NCBI RefSeq assembly: GCF_006345805.1
Contig: NC_043015.1
Location: 52,018,001 to 52,082,000, forward strand
Length of the DNA stretch: 64,000 nt
Source: Octopus sinensis
Lineage: Eukaryota
Reading direction: 5' to 3'
Positions 1 through 12,467 of this stretch are shown in pieces (positions within the stretch are counted from its first letter, which is position 1; each line of letters starts with the position of its first letter). Under the pieces are notes generated by a model, which had not been told where the DNA came from, searched no databases, and was given only the letters and a program-made list of their open reading frames with translations. Both the position numbers and the translations under genes were made by a program.

Positions 1-294
1 GAAGAGAATATTGTTTCATAGAATAGAATTATGACACGCAATGAGTGAACACAACCACTTGGCATATCACACACATGCAGATCTGTGATACCACTTAAAA
101 CCATAATTCTGCTAGCAAAGTGCAATAGAGCAGCGGTAGCGAAATTGAAAAATAACAGCTCCTTGCGATGACAGAGATGGAAGTACTTATGAAAGTATGG
201 CAAATACGGAAGAAGGAAAAAGGCTATGCATGAATATATGTGTGTGTGCGTGTGTTTGTGTGTGTGTATGTGCGTGTGTGTGCGTGTGTGTATC

Positions 295-625
295 CTTAGT
301 TAATCCCCCACCTCAAAAAAATGAAAGAAAACAATACAACAAGAAAAATAAACAACAATGCGAGGACGTCGTACATGCAAAGTATTAAAAGGCGCTCAGG
401 GAAGGAAAGACAAGTTCTTTTACCTTTCGAGCAAAGCTCTTCTTCAGAAACAGGAGACAGAGGAAGGTCCAAGAAAACGGAAGAGAGAGGGAAAAATCGA
501 CAACAATCCACATGTAGATACAATATATATATCTGTAAAATAATATGACAATTTACAGATAAATTTCCTCTATTTACATAATATTGAGGTCTCTTTCTTT
601 CTTTTGTTATCTTACCGTTTTTACC
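295..625 (-). mobile_element. Penelope-like (PLE) terminal-repeat-derived non-autonomous repeat, bounded by microsatellites
   Basis: Shares sequence with 40030-40205, 60380-60590 and 63595-63722; carries a degenerate hammerhead motif (416-452) and a small palindrome TATCTGTAAA...TTTACAGATA. PLE assignment is inferred from the hammerhead type. Confidence 0.5.
416..452 (-). ncRNA. Minimal hammerhead ribozyme motif, degenerate
   Basis: Minus strand UUU-CUGAAGA-A-GAGC-UUU-GCUC-GAAA-GGUA-AAA; core intact, but stem III reads AGGU instead of the palindromic ACGU. Confidence 0.5.
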
Positions 626-641
626 AATAATATATATTATA

Positions 642-694
<53 letters not shown>

Positions 695-1002
695 ATATGC
701 AGTGAATAAACTGTCGTCTAAATAACACTGACATCGCATTTTAACAAATATTTTTACCAAAATTACTTCGAAATTACTCCCTATGACACAGGGTAGGGAG
801 TGAAATAAAGATAGGCATACACACACATAAACTCTCACACACACATATATGTATGTGTGTGTGTGTATATGTATAAACATACATAATACAAAAATAAAAA
901 TGCATCGATCTGTGTGCGTCCATCGTTCATCCATCCAATATCCATCCATCGATCTATATGTACATACATACATACAAACATATTTTGTCCGCATCTCGCC
1001 CT

Positions 1003-1305
1003 CGGGTATATGGCGTAGTGGTTAAGAGCGCGGGATACTAACTCCCAAGATTCCGAGTTCTATTCCAAGCAGTAACCTGAACAATAACAACAACAACAAT
1101 AACAACAACAACAACAATAATAATAATAATAATAATGATGATGATGATGATAACAATAACATCGAAAAATACCTTAGGAATAAGAACCCAGGTTCGAAAT
1201 TTCCCCAAGACATCTGAAGAAGGCTGGAGGGTATATCAGCCGAAACGTGTTAACAACAAACAAGATGAGGACAAATATCCGTCGAATGTAAGTAATGTAA
1301 ATAAT
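1003..1305 (+). mobile_element. tRNA-derived SINE with internal (AAC/AAT)n and hammerhead-containing 3' region
   Basis: A box TGGCGTAGTGG, B box GAGTTCTATTC, microsatellite spacer, CTGAAGAAGGCTG...CAGCCGAAAC at 1209-1251, (AATGTAAAT)-type tail; other copies at 14744, 15045 and 52245. Confidence 0.85.
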
Positions 1306-1449
1306 ATAAATATTCCCAACATGTCATTCGTACATGGTGAGATTTCCTGACCTGTGGTGGTGGCGATAGTGGAATAGGTGTTCAATTTTATGAGCGATTG
1401 AAAGAAATAGTCTTTTCGCGATCGTTTCATACGCAAGAAATACACATTT

Positions 1450-1841
1450 CTAATATAAGCACAAGGCCTGGAATTTGTGGGGAGTTGGTAAGTCGATTGC
1501 CTCGACCCAAGTGCTTCATCGGTACTTAATTTATCGACCCCGAAATGATGAAAGACAAAGTCGACCCCGGCGTCAGCCGAACTCAGAACGTAGCGACCGA
1601 CAAAATACCTATTTCTTTACTACCCACAAGGGGCTAAACGCGGAGAGGACAAACACGGACAGACAAACGTATTAAGTCAATCATATCGACCCCGTGCGTA
1701 ACTGTTCCTTAATTTATCGACCCCGAAAGGATGAACGGCAAAGTCGACCTCGGCGGAATTTGAACTCAGAACATAAAGACAGACGAAATACCGCAAAGCG
1801 TTTCGCCCGGCGTGTTAAAGTTTCTGTCAGCTCGCCGCCTT
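1450..1841 (-). mobile_element. Two abutting copies of tRNA-derived SINE family A (Meta/MESC-like core)
   Basis: Minus strand AAGGCGGCGAGCTG...GAGTTCAAATTCCGCCGAGGTCGACTTTGCCGTTCATCCTTTCGGGGTCGATAAATTAAG; >15 copies in window; domain name from memory. Confidence 0.85.
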
Positions 1842-2430
1842 CATACGCAGGAAATATCAACCAGCACTTACTCAAATTATATCACACTATCTCATAGACA
1901 GAAAACACACAAACGGTAACCTAGTCCTAGATATGCTAATTGAAAACAATTGATAGTGTGTTCACGGCTGGGACACGTTTTATCATGTTATTCCAATCAG
2001 TTTCAGCATCATCACCATCAACAACTTCGATATTACCCTTGACTTTCAATCCAGTTGTTGGCTCATTTAATTTCAAATGATTCACAGTTTTCAAAATAGC
2101 TTCTTATTTTAATGGTTAGATTCTGATTGACTGCGGAGATGGAATTTTACGGTCTTGCATTGAAGCTGCTTCAAGCTACGAGACTGACCTGCTGGTCAAT
2201 ATGTTGCCAGAGGCCATGAAAATTGTACATTGTATTTAAAGTTCTGTTTGCCGCCTTTGAGTAAACCAAGTTTAAGGTCACAACATCGTCGTTGGCTCCT
2301 TAAGAAATATAAATTCTTCGCTAAGGATTAAGGATAGAATAAGAATAAATATCCTTCCCAAATCATATAAGCCTGATAGGTACCGTTTTCCGATTTGAAC
2401 GCTGGCCGGGACGCCCGTGTGTCGCAGGAT

Positions 2431-2845
2431 TACTCTTTACTCTCTTTTACTCTTCTACTTGTTTCAGTCATTTGACTGCGGCCATGCTGGAGCACCGCCT
2501 TTAGTCAAGCAAATCGACCCCAGGACTTATTCTTTCTGAGCCTAGTACTTATTCTACCGGTCTCTTTTGCCGAACCGCTAAGTTACGGAGGACATAAACA
2601 CACCAGCATCGGTTGTCAAGCAATGCTAGGGGGACGAACACAGACACACACACATACACTTATATATATATATACATATATACGACGGGCTTCTTTCAGT
2701 TTCCGTCTACCAAATCCACTCACAAGGCTTTGGTCAGCCCGAGGCTGTAGTAGAAGACACTTGCCGAAGATGCCACGCAGTGGGACTGAACCCGGTACCA
2801 TGTGGTTTGTAAGCAAGCTACTTACCACACAGCCACTCCTGCGCC
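2431..2845 (-). mobile_element. Full-length tRNA-derived SINE family B (CORE-like, internal TA/TG microsatellite)
   Basis: Head GGCGCAGGAGTGGCTGTGTGGTAAG...GGTTCAGTCC, CORE-like segment, tail GGCGGTGCTCCAGCATGGCCGCAGTCAAATGACTGAAACAAGTA; many copies in window. Confidence 0.85.
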
Positions 2846-3474
2846 TCATTTTTGCCAACTGAATGCATTGGAACGACGTGAAATGAAGTGTTGTACTCAG
2901 AACAGAACATATATCACATATATCACATATGTCCGGTTCAGGAATAGAAATCAATATCTTCCGATCGTGAGTTCAGCTCCATATTCATTAATCCATGCAC
3001 CTACACGCATGAATTAAGAACAAATCGATATCAAGACGAGAAAATATCGTTCTCTCGCAAATGATCAGAGTCAAAATATGCGGTACAAATTTCCCTAGAG
3101 TAGAAATATATCGAAATGTCGCAGACAACGTCCTACCTTTTCGAATGAAATTATCCTGAAAACAGAATGGCCCATGGCAATTTAAACACATTATCTCTTA
3201 GTGATGATCAGTGTCAATACGAAAAGGTGGGGCAGGTCAACGATGTACACTGCAAGTAAACTACATAACTGATAAGTGTTTTGAAAGCTTGTAGTTCTGC
3301 GTTCGATTCTAATTAAGGCTGTTGAGCATCAATGAAACACCGACTAACTCATCGATCTTTGATATACGAGACGAAATATTCAAAAGCGTTCCACTGACCT
3401 AGTGACCCCATTACCAGTATCAACCTCAAAAGCAAACTTAATTTTCTGTTAAAAGCGATTCATAAAGTTTAGTG

Positions 3475-3566
3475 ATGGAAAATGTCGGCGAGGAGACACT
3501 CATATTGGCAGCTTTCCAGATTTATAGCGAATATTTCCTTGTAGCTAGCAGTGAGAAGAATAAGAG
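3475..3566 (+). CDS. Candidate exon (MENVGEETLILAAFQIYSEYFLVASSEKNK), unverified
   Basis: ATG-initiated 30 codons of complex composition ending at a strong donor GAG|GTAAGC; no recognised homology. Confidence 0.15.
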
Positions 3567-3618
3567 GTAAGCCTGGATTAAATCGCGTCAAATTTCTAGC
3601 TGAAACCAATTCACTTAC

Positions 3619-3667
3619 CTAACGCTGCTAATGTCATATAGAAATCTCATTACAGAAGCGGCAATCT
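3619..3667 (-). CDS. Candidate 49-nt exon ([15 protein letters not shown]), unverified
   Basis: TTTACAAG| acceptor and TAG|GTAAGTG donor around an open frame; short, could be chance. Confidence 0.2.
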
Positions 3668-4108
3668 CTTGTAAATATATATATGTGAGTCTGATCAAAT
3701 AAGAAATCAATAAGAGCAGAGCTACACCATGTTGTTTTATAATACAATAAACAAGTATTGAACATACATTCACACAGACACTACGTAATACATATGTATA
3801 TAAATGTACACAGATATAGACACAGATACACACACACATACGCACACGCACGCACACACACACACCCACACACACGCACACATACACACACACACACACA
3901 TACACACACATATATATGGGCAGAAACGCACATATGTAGCTGTATTTAGGTATTTGTATATATATGTATATCTGTTCAGACACACACACACATACATATA
4001 TGTGTGTATATATATGTATGTATATATATATATGTATATACATATATATATATACATATATGTATACATATATATATATATACATGTATATATATATATA
4101 TATACATG

Positions 4109-4141
<33 letters not shown>

Positions 4142-4669
4142 ATACATACATACATACATATATACATAAATACATACATACATACGTACATATACATATA
4201 GATACACACACACATACTTATATATACACGCGTTGCGCAACCGTATACGAGCGTGTGTATTTTTTTATGTGAACCTGTATACATACGTAAGTATATATGA
4301 ACGAATGTACGGATGTGTTTATGTACGTATTTCGTAAATAAACTTTGAAACGATGCTTTCAGCGGGGATGTCACGCTCCTACACAGATATAATATAGATG
4401 AACCAGAAAGTAGCAAAGCAAATGAAATAGATAGTTCACAGCCATCAACAGACATTTAACAATAGAAGTTTCTGTTGAGATACCTTCTCTGTTGGGTAAG
4501 CGACACTCTTCCTAAAGTTGGAACTTGTGACAATGGTGCATATTCTTGTACGTAGATTGGTAATTAGATAGACAGAAAAGAGAATCATGTGGTTGGGAAG
4601 CTAACCACTTAACACACAACCACGCCTGCACGAATGTATATATGTGTGTATATACTTTGTATTATGCTT

Positions 4670-4935
4670 TTATTCCTTTAGTGGTTTCGTTTATTTGACT
4701 GCAGCCATGTTGTAGCACCCCCTTAAAGTGTTCTTTTTTGGTTGACGAAATCAAACCTAGAACATATTCTTTGTAAGACTAGTAAATTTCCATCGGTCTC
4801 TGTTGCCAAAGCTTTAAGATACGGGGATGTAATTACTCCAACATCGGTTGTCAAGCGATGGTAGGGAGACAAATTTAGACACAAGACACACATAAATACA
4901 CATACATACGCACACACACACACACACAGACACAC
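4670..4935 (-). mobile_element. SINE family B, 3' half (head fragment near 4585-4630)
   Basis: Similarity to 2431-2845. Confidence 0.7.
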
Positions 4936-5008
4936 ACACACACACACACGCATATAAATGAAAAGATGTATTATAGATAAACAAGCGAAAAGTAAATACC
5001 CATGAAGT

Positions 5009-5246
5009 AAACCTATTTCTTTACTACCCACAAGGGGCTAAACACAGAGAGGACAAACAAGGACAGACAAACGGATTAAATCGATTACATCGACCCCAAT
5101 GCGTAACTGGTACTTATTTAATCGACCCCGAAAGGATGAAAGCCAAAGTCGACCTCGGCGGAATTTGAACTCAGAACGTAGCGGCAGACGAAATACCGCT
5201 GAGCATTTCGCCCGGCGTGCTAACGATTCTGCCAGCTCGCCGCCTT
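5009..5246 (-). mobile_element. SINE family A, near full length
   Basis: High similarity to 1605-1841. Confidence 0.85.
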
Positions 5247-5429
5247 ATAAAGTATACCTATAAAGTATACCGTGTGTACAACCGGGCGGGAGACAGACAC
5301 AGAAGATCCTTAATTCTTCATCAGTTATCAATCAAAGAGTATTACTCAGTTTCACATCAGTAATGGGTAAGACTGGGAACTTCCCATGTTGGCGGTGCCT
5401 GCGAAAGTTGCGCAGAATATATATATAGA

Positions 5430-6290
5430 GGCGTGTGGTGAATAAACTGTTGTCTAAATTAGGCAAAATTGAAAATAAAACTGACGTCTCATTTTAGCAA
5501 ATATATATCAACTAAATTTACTGAACAATGTATTGAAATACTAAAGAGTAAATTTATTCAATAAAATCGACATTGGCTTTCATCCAATGGCCTCCAGACG
5601 ACTTCGGAATCTCATGCACCTCTTCTGAATGGTCCCCTTGTTTAAGTTGATGAATTTTGCTGTAATCCTTGCCCTCAGTTCAAGGTGTTACAAAGGGTTT
5701 TGGTTGTTTCTCGCTCAGGTGCGTCCCACACATAATGATGAAGGGGGTTGCAGCCTGGGTAGTAAAGTGGCCTGATATTAGGGATTATGTGGTCACAGAA
5801 ATTGACGGATTCTCCTGCTTGTGTGGCGTGGTGCAGAATCCTGTTGCTAAACATAAGATTTTCCAACAGCCGTCCTCTTGAACTAGGGCAGCACTAGCTT
5901 CTCCATGCCCTTGATGTAGGCCTATGTGTTGAGTCTGAAGTCGTGTAGGAAAATGAATGGAGACATAACATCGCCATCACGAGTGACAATTCCAAGCACC
6001 ATGATGTTGACAGGATGTCTGAGTTTTATCACTCTCGGTACATGTCGTCAGGCTAATACCCAAACACTCTGAAATTTCCATATTGGAGCTTCCGGTGCGA
6101 ACGCTAAGCTGTAATGCATATCCTTTCCAATTTTCTGGCAGAGCGAATTGCGTCATGGTTCTGTTTTCCTCACAGATGGTGTCCAACGGCCCCCCCCCTA
6201 CTATACTGTAGTTGACAAATCAAAAACAAACAATGTGCATGTGAGGTACTGAAATTATAAAATGGCTACAATTTACCCGTCGCACCACAC
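5430..6290 (-). mobile_element. Decayed Tc1/mariner DNA transposon (maT/DD37D-like) with internal deletion
   Basis: Minus-strand translation with stops: RHPVNIMVLGIVTRDGDVMSPFIF...QQDSAPRHTSRR...GCNPLHHYVWDAPERET, matching the QQDxAPxH and SPDxNPLDYxVW motifs; loosely similar ends. Confidence 0.8.
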
Positions 6291-6344
6291 ACACACACAC
6301 ACACACACAACACACACATATATATATAATATATATATATATAT

Positions 6345-6500
6345 ATAACGGACGTCATTTAGTTTCTGTTTGCCAAATCCGTTCACAAGGCTTTGGTCGG
6401 CCCGAGGCCCTAGTAGAAAATACTTAGCAAAGGTGCTACGAACTGGAGCTGAACCTAGAACCATGTGGTTGGGAAGCAAGCTTCTTACCACACAAATACT
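6345..6500 (-). mobile_element. SINE family B, 5' half
   Basis: Similarity to 2690-2845. Confidence 0.7.
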
Positions 6501-6621
6501 CACACCCTCATAAATTCGTGCATACATACATATTGTCATAAACATGCACACACACAGATACACACACACACACACACACACATACACACCACCACACATA
6601 TATATATATATATATATATAC

Positions 6622-6995
6622 TACGGCACTCCATCAGTTACGACGACGAGGGTTACAGCTGATCCAATCAACTGAACAGCCTGCTCGCGAAATGAACGTG
6701 CAAGTAGCTGAGCACTCTCCTAACTTATCCTAGTTCTCGGGGAGATTCAGTGTGACACAGAGCATGACAAACCTAGTCCTTTGAAATATGGGTACAACAG
6801 AAAACAGTAAGAAAGAGTGAGAGAAAGTTGTGGTGAAACAATACAGCAGGGTTCGCCACCACCCCACGCCGGAGCTTCTTGGAGCTCTAAGTGTTTTCGC
6901 TCAGTAAACACTTACAACGTCGGGTCTTGGAATCGAAACCGCGATCCTATGACAGCGAGTCCGTTGCTCTAAACACTGGGCAATTGCGCCTCCAC
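6622..6995 (-). mobile_element. Full-length tRNA-derived SINE family C
   Basis: Minus head GTGGAGGCGCAATTGCCCAGTG...GGTTTCGATTCC; copies at 22477, 50128, 51568 and 58283. Confidence 0.85.
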
Positions 6996-7095
6996 ACACA
7001 CAAAACACACACATACACACATACACATATATGTATATGTATGTATGTATTTATGTACGTATATATGTGTGTATGTATGTATGTATGTATGTAAG

Positions 7096-7136
<41 letters not shown>

Positions 7137-7185
7137 CTCTATCTCTCTCTCTCTATCTCTCTCTCTCTATCTATATATATCTATA

Positions 7186-7235
<50 letters not shown>

Positions 7236-7696
7236 CAAAGGCTGACATAAATCTCAGCAGAAACTTTATGAAATGTGCTACAACTATATGATAGACATTT
7301 TTCTATATAATAGGCCTAATAAAAAATAATCTGTATCAGAAACGTTCTTATACATCTGTGCTGATACTTATATAAATATACACGTAAAAGCAACTTGCAT
7401 ATATATACATTCTAGCGACTATATAATCAGCGCACCCTGATTATACATCTACATTAAAATATGCATTGTATCTGATTAGCATTAGAAGCAGAAATGTATG
7501 CCAAATTGAAATTATCCCATACATATACGTACACATAGGCATACATACATCTACAAACATACATATATATTTATATACATGTGTATGTATATGTATACAT
7601 ATGTGTGTGTATGTATATACTTATATATACATTACTGTGTGTAAATATATGCATATATATATATCCATATGTATATATATATATTGTGTATATAAT

Positions 7697-7748
<52 letters not shown>

Positions 7749-8845
7749 CTTCTACATTTAAATACTTATATAAGTTTTTGTTTGAATTATATATGACATG
7801 TATGTATATAATATATATATATATATATATTATATATATGTATATACATTCTTATACAAGTACTGTATATATATACATATATATATATATGTGTGTGTTG
7901 TGTGTATAACTATATACATACATATATATTTAATGATATGTGTCGTAAATGGACCCGTTGAATTTTTGTGTTATGAAGCACTAATATACATACATATTCA
8001 TATATATATATATATATCTATATTCACACATGTACACATATATATAACATATATATACACTAATGCCATATATACATATATATATTATATATATATATAT
8101 ATATATCTATATATATATATATATATTATACATACTTACATATATATATATACACATATGTATATAGACACACATATACACACATGTTCATACGCATAAT
8201 CATATGAGTCTTGGAGCATTTTTACAAATTAAAACTCGCTGGTTATTTCTCGATTCTGAGCACCGGATATAATTAGTGGCATTGTAAAAATGCTATCGAC
8301 TTTCACAAATTTCAATTTATTCTCAACAACCACCAGGAATACGACGAAAGCAACCAGTAAATCAACGCGATTATCGCCTACATTACGCAAAAGAACGCTA
8401 GAAATATTTTAAACATGTTATTATCATATACACACGCGGACACACGGACACACATACATGTATGAATCTATGTAAATATGCAAGCGTGTATGTATGTATG
8501 TGTGTCCTTCTGTACGTGAATACGATTCCATGGTGTACTACGTAGATTTTTCTTTCAAATCACGGGAAACATTTAATGTTAGTTCTTCTTGGTCACATTA
8601 TTGCATATTAGTATGGACATCTTAAATGCCAAGGCAAAGCTGAAATATAACTAAGTCTGTGATGGGGACACACGCTCATACATAAACAGACATCTGCATA
8701 TATTTATATATGTGCAAGTGTGTGTTTGTGTGTGTGTGAAGGTGTAAAATACACACACATATATATATTTATATATATATATATGGCATATATATATTAT
8801 TTGTGTATATGTATATATATTCGTATTTTATATGCGTATGTATAT

Positions 8846-8940
<95 letters not shown>

Positions 8941-9159
8941 TCATACATACATACATACATATATTCGTTGATATACAGATATATACAGAAATGTGGTTTG
9001 AGCAAAAAGGAGAAATACATCTGAATATCTAGACAATACACATTTTCTTCTGCTAGGCTCTTCTTTTATAATGGACACAAACGGCTAGAACTTTTGTTGT
9101 TCGTACTTCGGAATCTATTTCAAATCTTCAACACACTGTGTATATCAGAGACAATAGTG

Positions 9160-9204
<45 letters not shown>

Positions 9205-9209
<5 letters not shown>

Positions 9210-9579
9210 TATAAACGGCAGTTTGTCTGTGTGTGTTTCTTGTGTCTGTTTGCTTGTACCCTCACTCTGACCACGGCTTTCAACCGATTCTGATGAAACT
9301 TGACACACACATAGCCCAATGTCATAATTCAAACTAACGCAGCGAAAATTTTGAAAAGTTTCCCCCGTTCTGAAAAAGATCGATAAATTCGACATGGGGT
9401 CGACAATCAGAAACACAACACCGCAGATGGTCTAGGGGACGCAACTCGGCCTTTTAACTATCAAAAAAAATTTACCATCATTTTTTTCCATTTTTTGCTA
9501 TTTTTTTGTGCTATAACTCTCTAAAATGCTTTATAGTTATTTCCCTTAAAACCCAAGCAACGCCGGGCGATACTGCTAG
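9205..9579 (+). mobile_element. Non-autonomous Helitron-like element, short variant
   Basis: Starts TATATAAACGGCAGTTTGTCTG, ends with GC-rich CCCAAGCAACGCCGGG then CTAG followed by T; shares both ends with 37823-38629. Confidence 0.75.
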
Positions 9580-10019
9580 TATATATATATGCTTCACAAA
9601 TCTTCTTTGTCATATGTTAGAATCAAGTGTCAATCGGAATGCTTGTAATTGCACATCTTATGCAAATTTGGAAGATATAGAAATTCAATTAAATATTTTG
9701 ATTTCGAAGTTTATGCGTAGCCCCATGGCTTACTGGTTAGATTGAAGTACTCATAATAGTAAGAATGTGGTTTCGATTCCTGGGCCGAGTGATGCGTTGT
9801 GATCTTGTACAATACATTTTATTACACGTTTCTTTAATCCACGCAAGTTACAAAAGTGATTATTTCCTGCGACCCGTCCACGAGAAACTAATGCGTCATA
9901 GATCCGGAAAATCGGCAGTATGAGTCTTAATAACACAGGAACGATTTCTATCCTGATTTTTTAAATATTCGATTTGGGCGCAAGACCAGTATGTTCAGTG
10001 AATAGGGTAAATTAATTGC

Positions 10020-10350
10020 TTAGACCTCAGTTGTCAGCTGGATTTTGTTTTATCATCCACGAAAAGATGAAAGACAAAATCGCCCTCAGCAGTAATCGAA
10101 CTCAGAACGTGTAGAAGGAAGAAATACTGGAAAGCAATTTCCTCAGCACGATAAAGAGTCTACCAGCTTCAGCCTTAGATATAATCTTTCTACTAAGGCA
10201 CAAATCCTGACATTTTGCGGGCGGTGACAGGTCGATTATGAGGGACCACGGTGTTTTACAGGTGTTTAATTTATCGACCTCCAAAGGATCAAAGACAAAG
10301 TCAACCTCGGCGGAATTTGAACTCAGAATGTAACGACGGGTGAAATACCA
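10020..10350 (-). mobile_element. Two degenerate SINE family A copies
   Basis: Diverged GAAAAGATGAAAGACAAA...AACTCAGAACGT motifs. Confidence 0.65.
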
Positions 10351-10374
10351 CTAAGAATTGATGATTTATTTGTT

Positions 10375-10680
10375 TCAGTAATTTCATTGCGGCTATACTG
10401 GATCACCGCCGTTAGTCGAACAAATCGACCGCAGGACTAATTCTTTGTACGTCTAGTACTTATTCTACCGGTCTCTTTTGCCGAACCGCCAAGTTATGGA
10501 CACGTAAACACTAATATCGGTTGTCAAGCGATGGTGGGGGACAAACAGAGACTCAAAAAGACACACATAGATACCCATAAGATGGGTTTCTTTCAGTTTC
10601 CGTCTACCAAATCCACTGACAGGGCTTTGGTTAGCCCGAGGCTATACTAGAAAACACTTGTCCAATGTGCCACGCAAATG
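10375..10680 (-). mobile_element. SINE family B, head truncated
   Basis: Similarity to 2431-2780. Confidence 0.75.
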
Positions 10681-10685
10681 GAATA

Positions 10686-11046
10686 TTGGGTCATACCATA
10701 AATAATGAGGTTTTTCAACTGCATGAAGTGTCGGAGAGGGATGGGATAAACTACCTGCATCAATTTGCTATAAAATAGGTAATAATTTTATCTTGTCCTT
10801 ATTCCTAGTGCAAGTTTTGAGGAGTGCAGTTCGATTTTAACAGTTATTTTTTTTTTTTTCAAAGGTATAATGGAAGTGACAAAGGAGGATATTCGGCATA
10901 TTTTGCTTTGTTATTTCAATAAAAGCAACAACTCAACTGATAGTGTGAGAAATATTAATGCAGTATATTACGATCGGGCATTAAGCGTAAGCCAGTGTCA
11001 ACAGTGGTTCTAGAAATTCCAAGCCGGAAACTGCAGCCTGGAAGAC
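10686..11046 (+). mobile_element. Mariner 5' fragment (TIR plus N-terminal HTH of transposase, with stop)
   Basis: TA followed by TTGGGTCATACCATAAATAATG; ATG at 10870 gives MEVTKEDIRHILLCYFNKSNNSTDSVRNINAVYYDRALSVSQCQQWF*KFQAGNCSLED, a typical mariner N-terminus. Confidence 0.85.
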
Positions 11047-11151
11047 GTGCCACGTCCTGTAATATTTCTATTTTCGAAATCAGTGAATGTATTTCACTTG
11101 AAATATATGTTTTCAAAGGCGAATCAGCATCGTCAGCTAGCAGGCCATGCT

Positions 11152-11197
11152 ACTCCAGACTGATGATGAGCAATGACTCTGAAACTAGTCTCTGAGT
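11152..11197 (+). ncRNA. Minimal type-I hammerhead ribozyme motif (GUC site)
   Basis: ACUC-C-CAGA / UCUG-AGU stem I with one bulge, CUGAUGA, GAG/CUC stem II flanked by extra U on each side, GAAA, palindromic ACUAGU stem III, GUC triplet ending at 11190. Confidence 0.65.
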
Positions 11198-11363
11198 GCT
11201 GGCTTTGCTGGGTAGAGGTGCTTATCTACACCTTTGAAAACATAAGGACACAGAAATTGGATCATGGCCAACAGGAATCGGTGTTTCCTAGGGATAAATA
11301 GCAGTAGCATTCTTCCCTTTCGTGGGACTGTTACATTAAGTTGACAACATACCATCACTTTAC

Positions 11364-11405
<42 letters not shown>

Positions 11406-11408
<3 letters not shown>

Positions 11409-11825
11409 CTCTCTTTTACACCTTTACTTGTTTCAGTCATTTGACTGCAGCCATGCTAGAGCACCGCCTTTAGTCGAGCAAATCGACCCCGAGACTTATT
11501 TTTTGTAAGCCCAGTACTTATTATATCGGTCTCTTTTGCCGAACCGCTAAGTGACGGAGACGTAAACACACACCAGCATCGGTTGTCAAGCAATGCTAGG
11601 GGACAAACACAGACACACAAACACACACACACATACATTTATATAAGTATATATATATATACGACAGGCTTCTTACAGTTTCCGTCTACCAAATCCACTC
11701 ACAAGGCATTGGTCGGCCCGGGGCTATAGCAGAAGACACTTGCCCAAGATGCCACGCAGTGGGATTGAACCCAGAACCATGTGGTTGGTTAGCAAGCTAC
11801 TTACCACGCAGCCACTCCTGCGCCT
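11406..11825 (-). mobile_element. Full-length SINE family B
   Basis: High similarity to 2431-2845. Confidence 0.85.
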
Positions 11826-11965
11826 ATATATAAAATAAAAAATATATGCACCCTTTAAAAGCCTAGCCAGACTAATTTTTGCCAGATGAGTGGACTGGAG
11901 CATCATAATCTTACGATCATGATGCTGACACCCTAACCACTAAACCACGCGCCTCCACACACACA

Positions 11966-12058
<93 letters not shown>

Positions 12059-12159
12059 TGTACGATACAAATAAGATATTTTTCCGAATGCAGAGTGCCG
12101 TTAGAACAAGAAATTTTGGGTAAATTACCCTTACCGGCCGGACAAGTTTGTCAACAAAC

Positions 12160-12232
12160 AGTCCTGGGTCTCGAATCCATATCCCTCAAAGTCTCCAGCT
12201 GGGTGCCTTGCCATTAAGCTAACAGCATTTCC
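12160..12232 (-). mobile_element. Degenerate tRNA-like SINE head or tRNA pseudogene
   Basis: Minus strand TAGCTTAATGG (A box) ... GGATTCGAGAC (B box); no good cloverleaf. Confidence 0.35.
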
Positions 12233-12467
12233 ACTGTCCTAACGGTGACTGTGTTCGAGAAAATGTCTTCTTATTTGCATCGTACAATACACATTGCAAC
12301 GATTCTAATAAAAAGACAAATATTTGTTTATATCCATACACACGTGGTTTATATATATATATGTGTGTGTGTGTGTGAAAGAGATAAGAACCTGTTTTAT
12401 GACCTCTGCAGGGAACGGAGGAGTGAAATACTTATTTATTAAGAGGTTCCGGTTATCGAATCAAACA

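Noticed and set aside
1950-2290. Protein-like minus frame (AILKTVNHLKLNEPTTGLKVKGNIEVVDGDDAETDW...) interrupted only by TAA/TAG, suggesting stop-to-Gln recoding or a pseudogene
   Set aside because: TAA/TAG are the commonest chance stops in AT-rich DNA; no homology recognised and no good acceptor.
3132-3156. 19-nt minus-strand micro-exon (TTTTCAG|...|GTAGGA) phase-compatible with 3619-3667
   Set aside because: Weak donor; phase agreement occurs one time in three by chance.
3615-4455. Long ORFs rich in Y/I/C/V/H/T here and at 7000-8200, 16068-16409, 33979-35398, 47817-49845, 57447-57963 and 60185-60904
   Set aside because: Translations of dinucleotide and tetranucleotide microsatellites.
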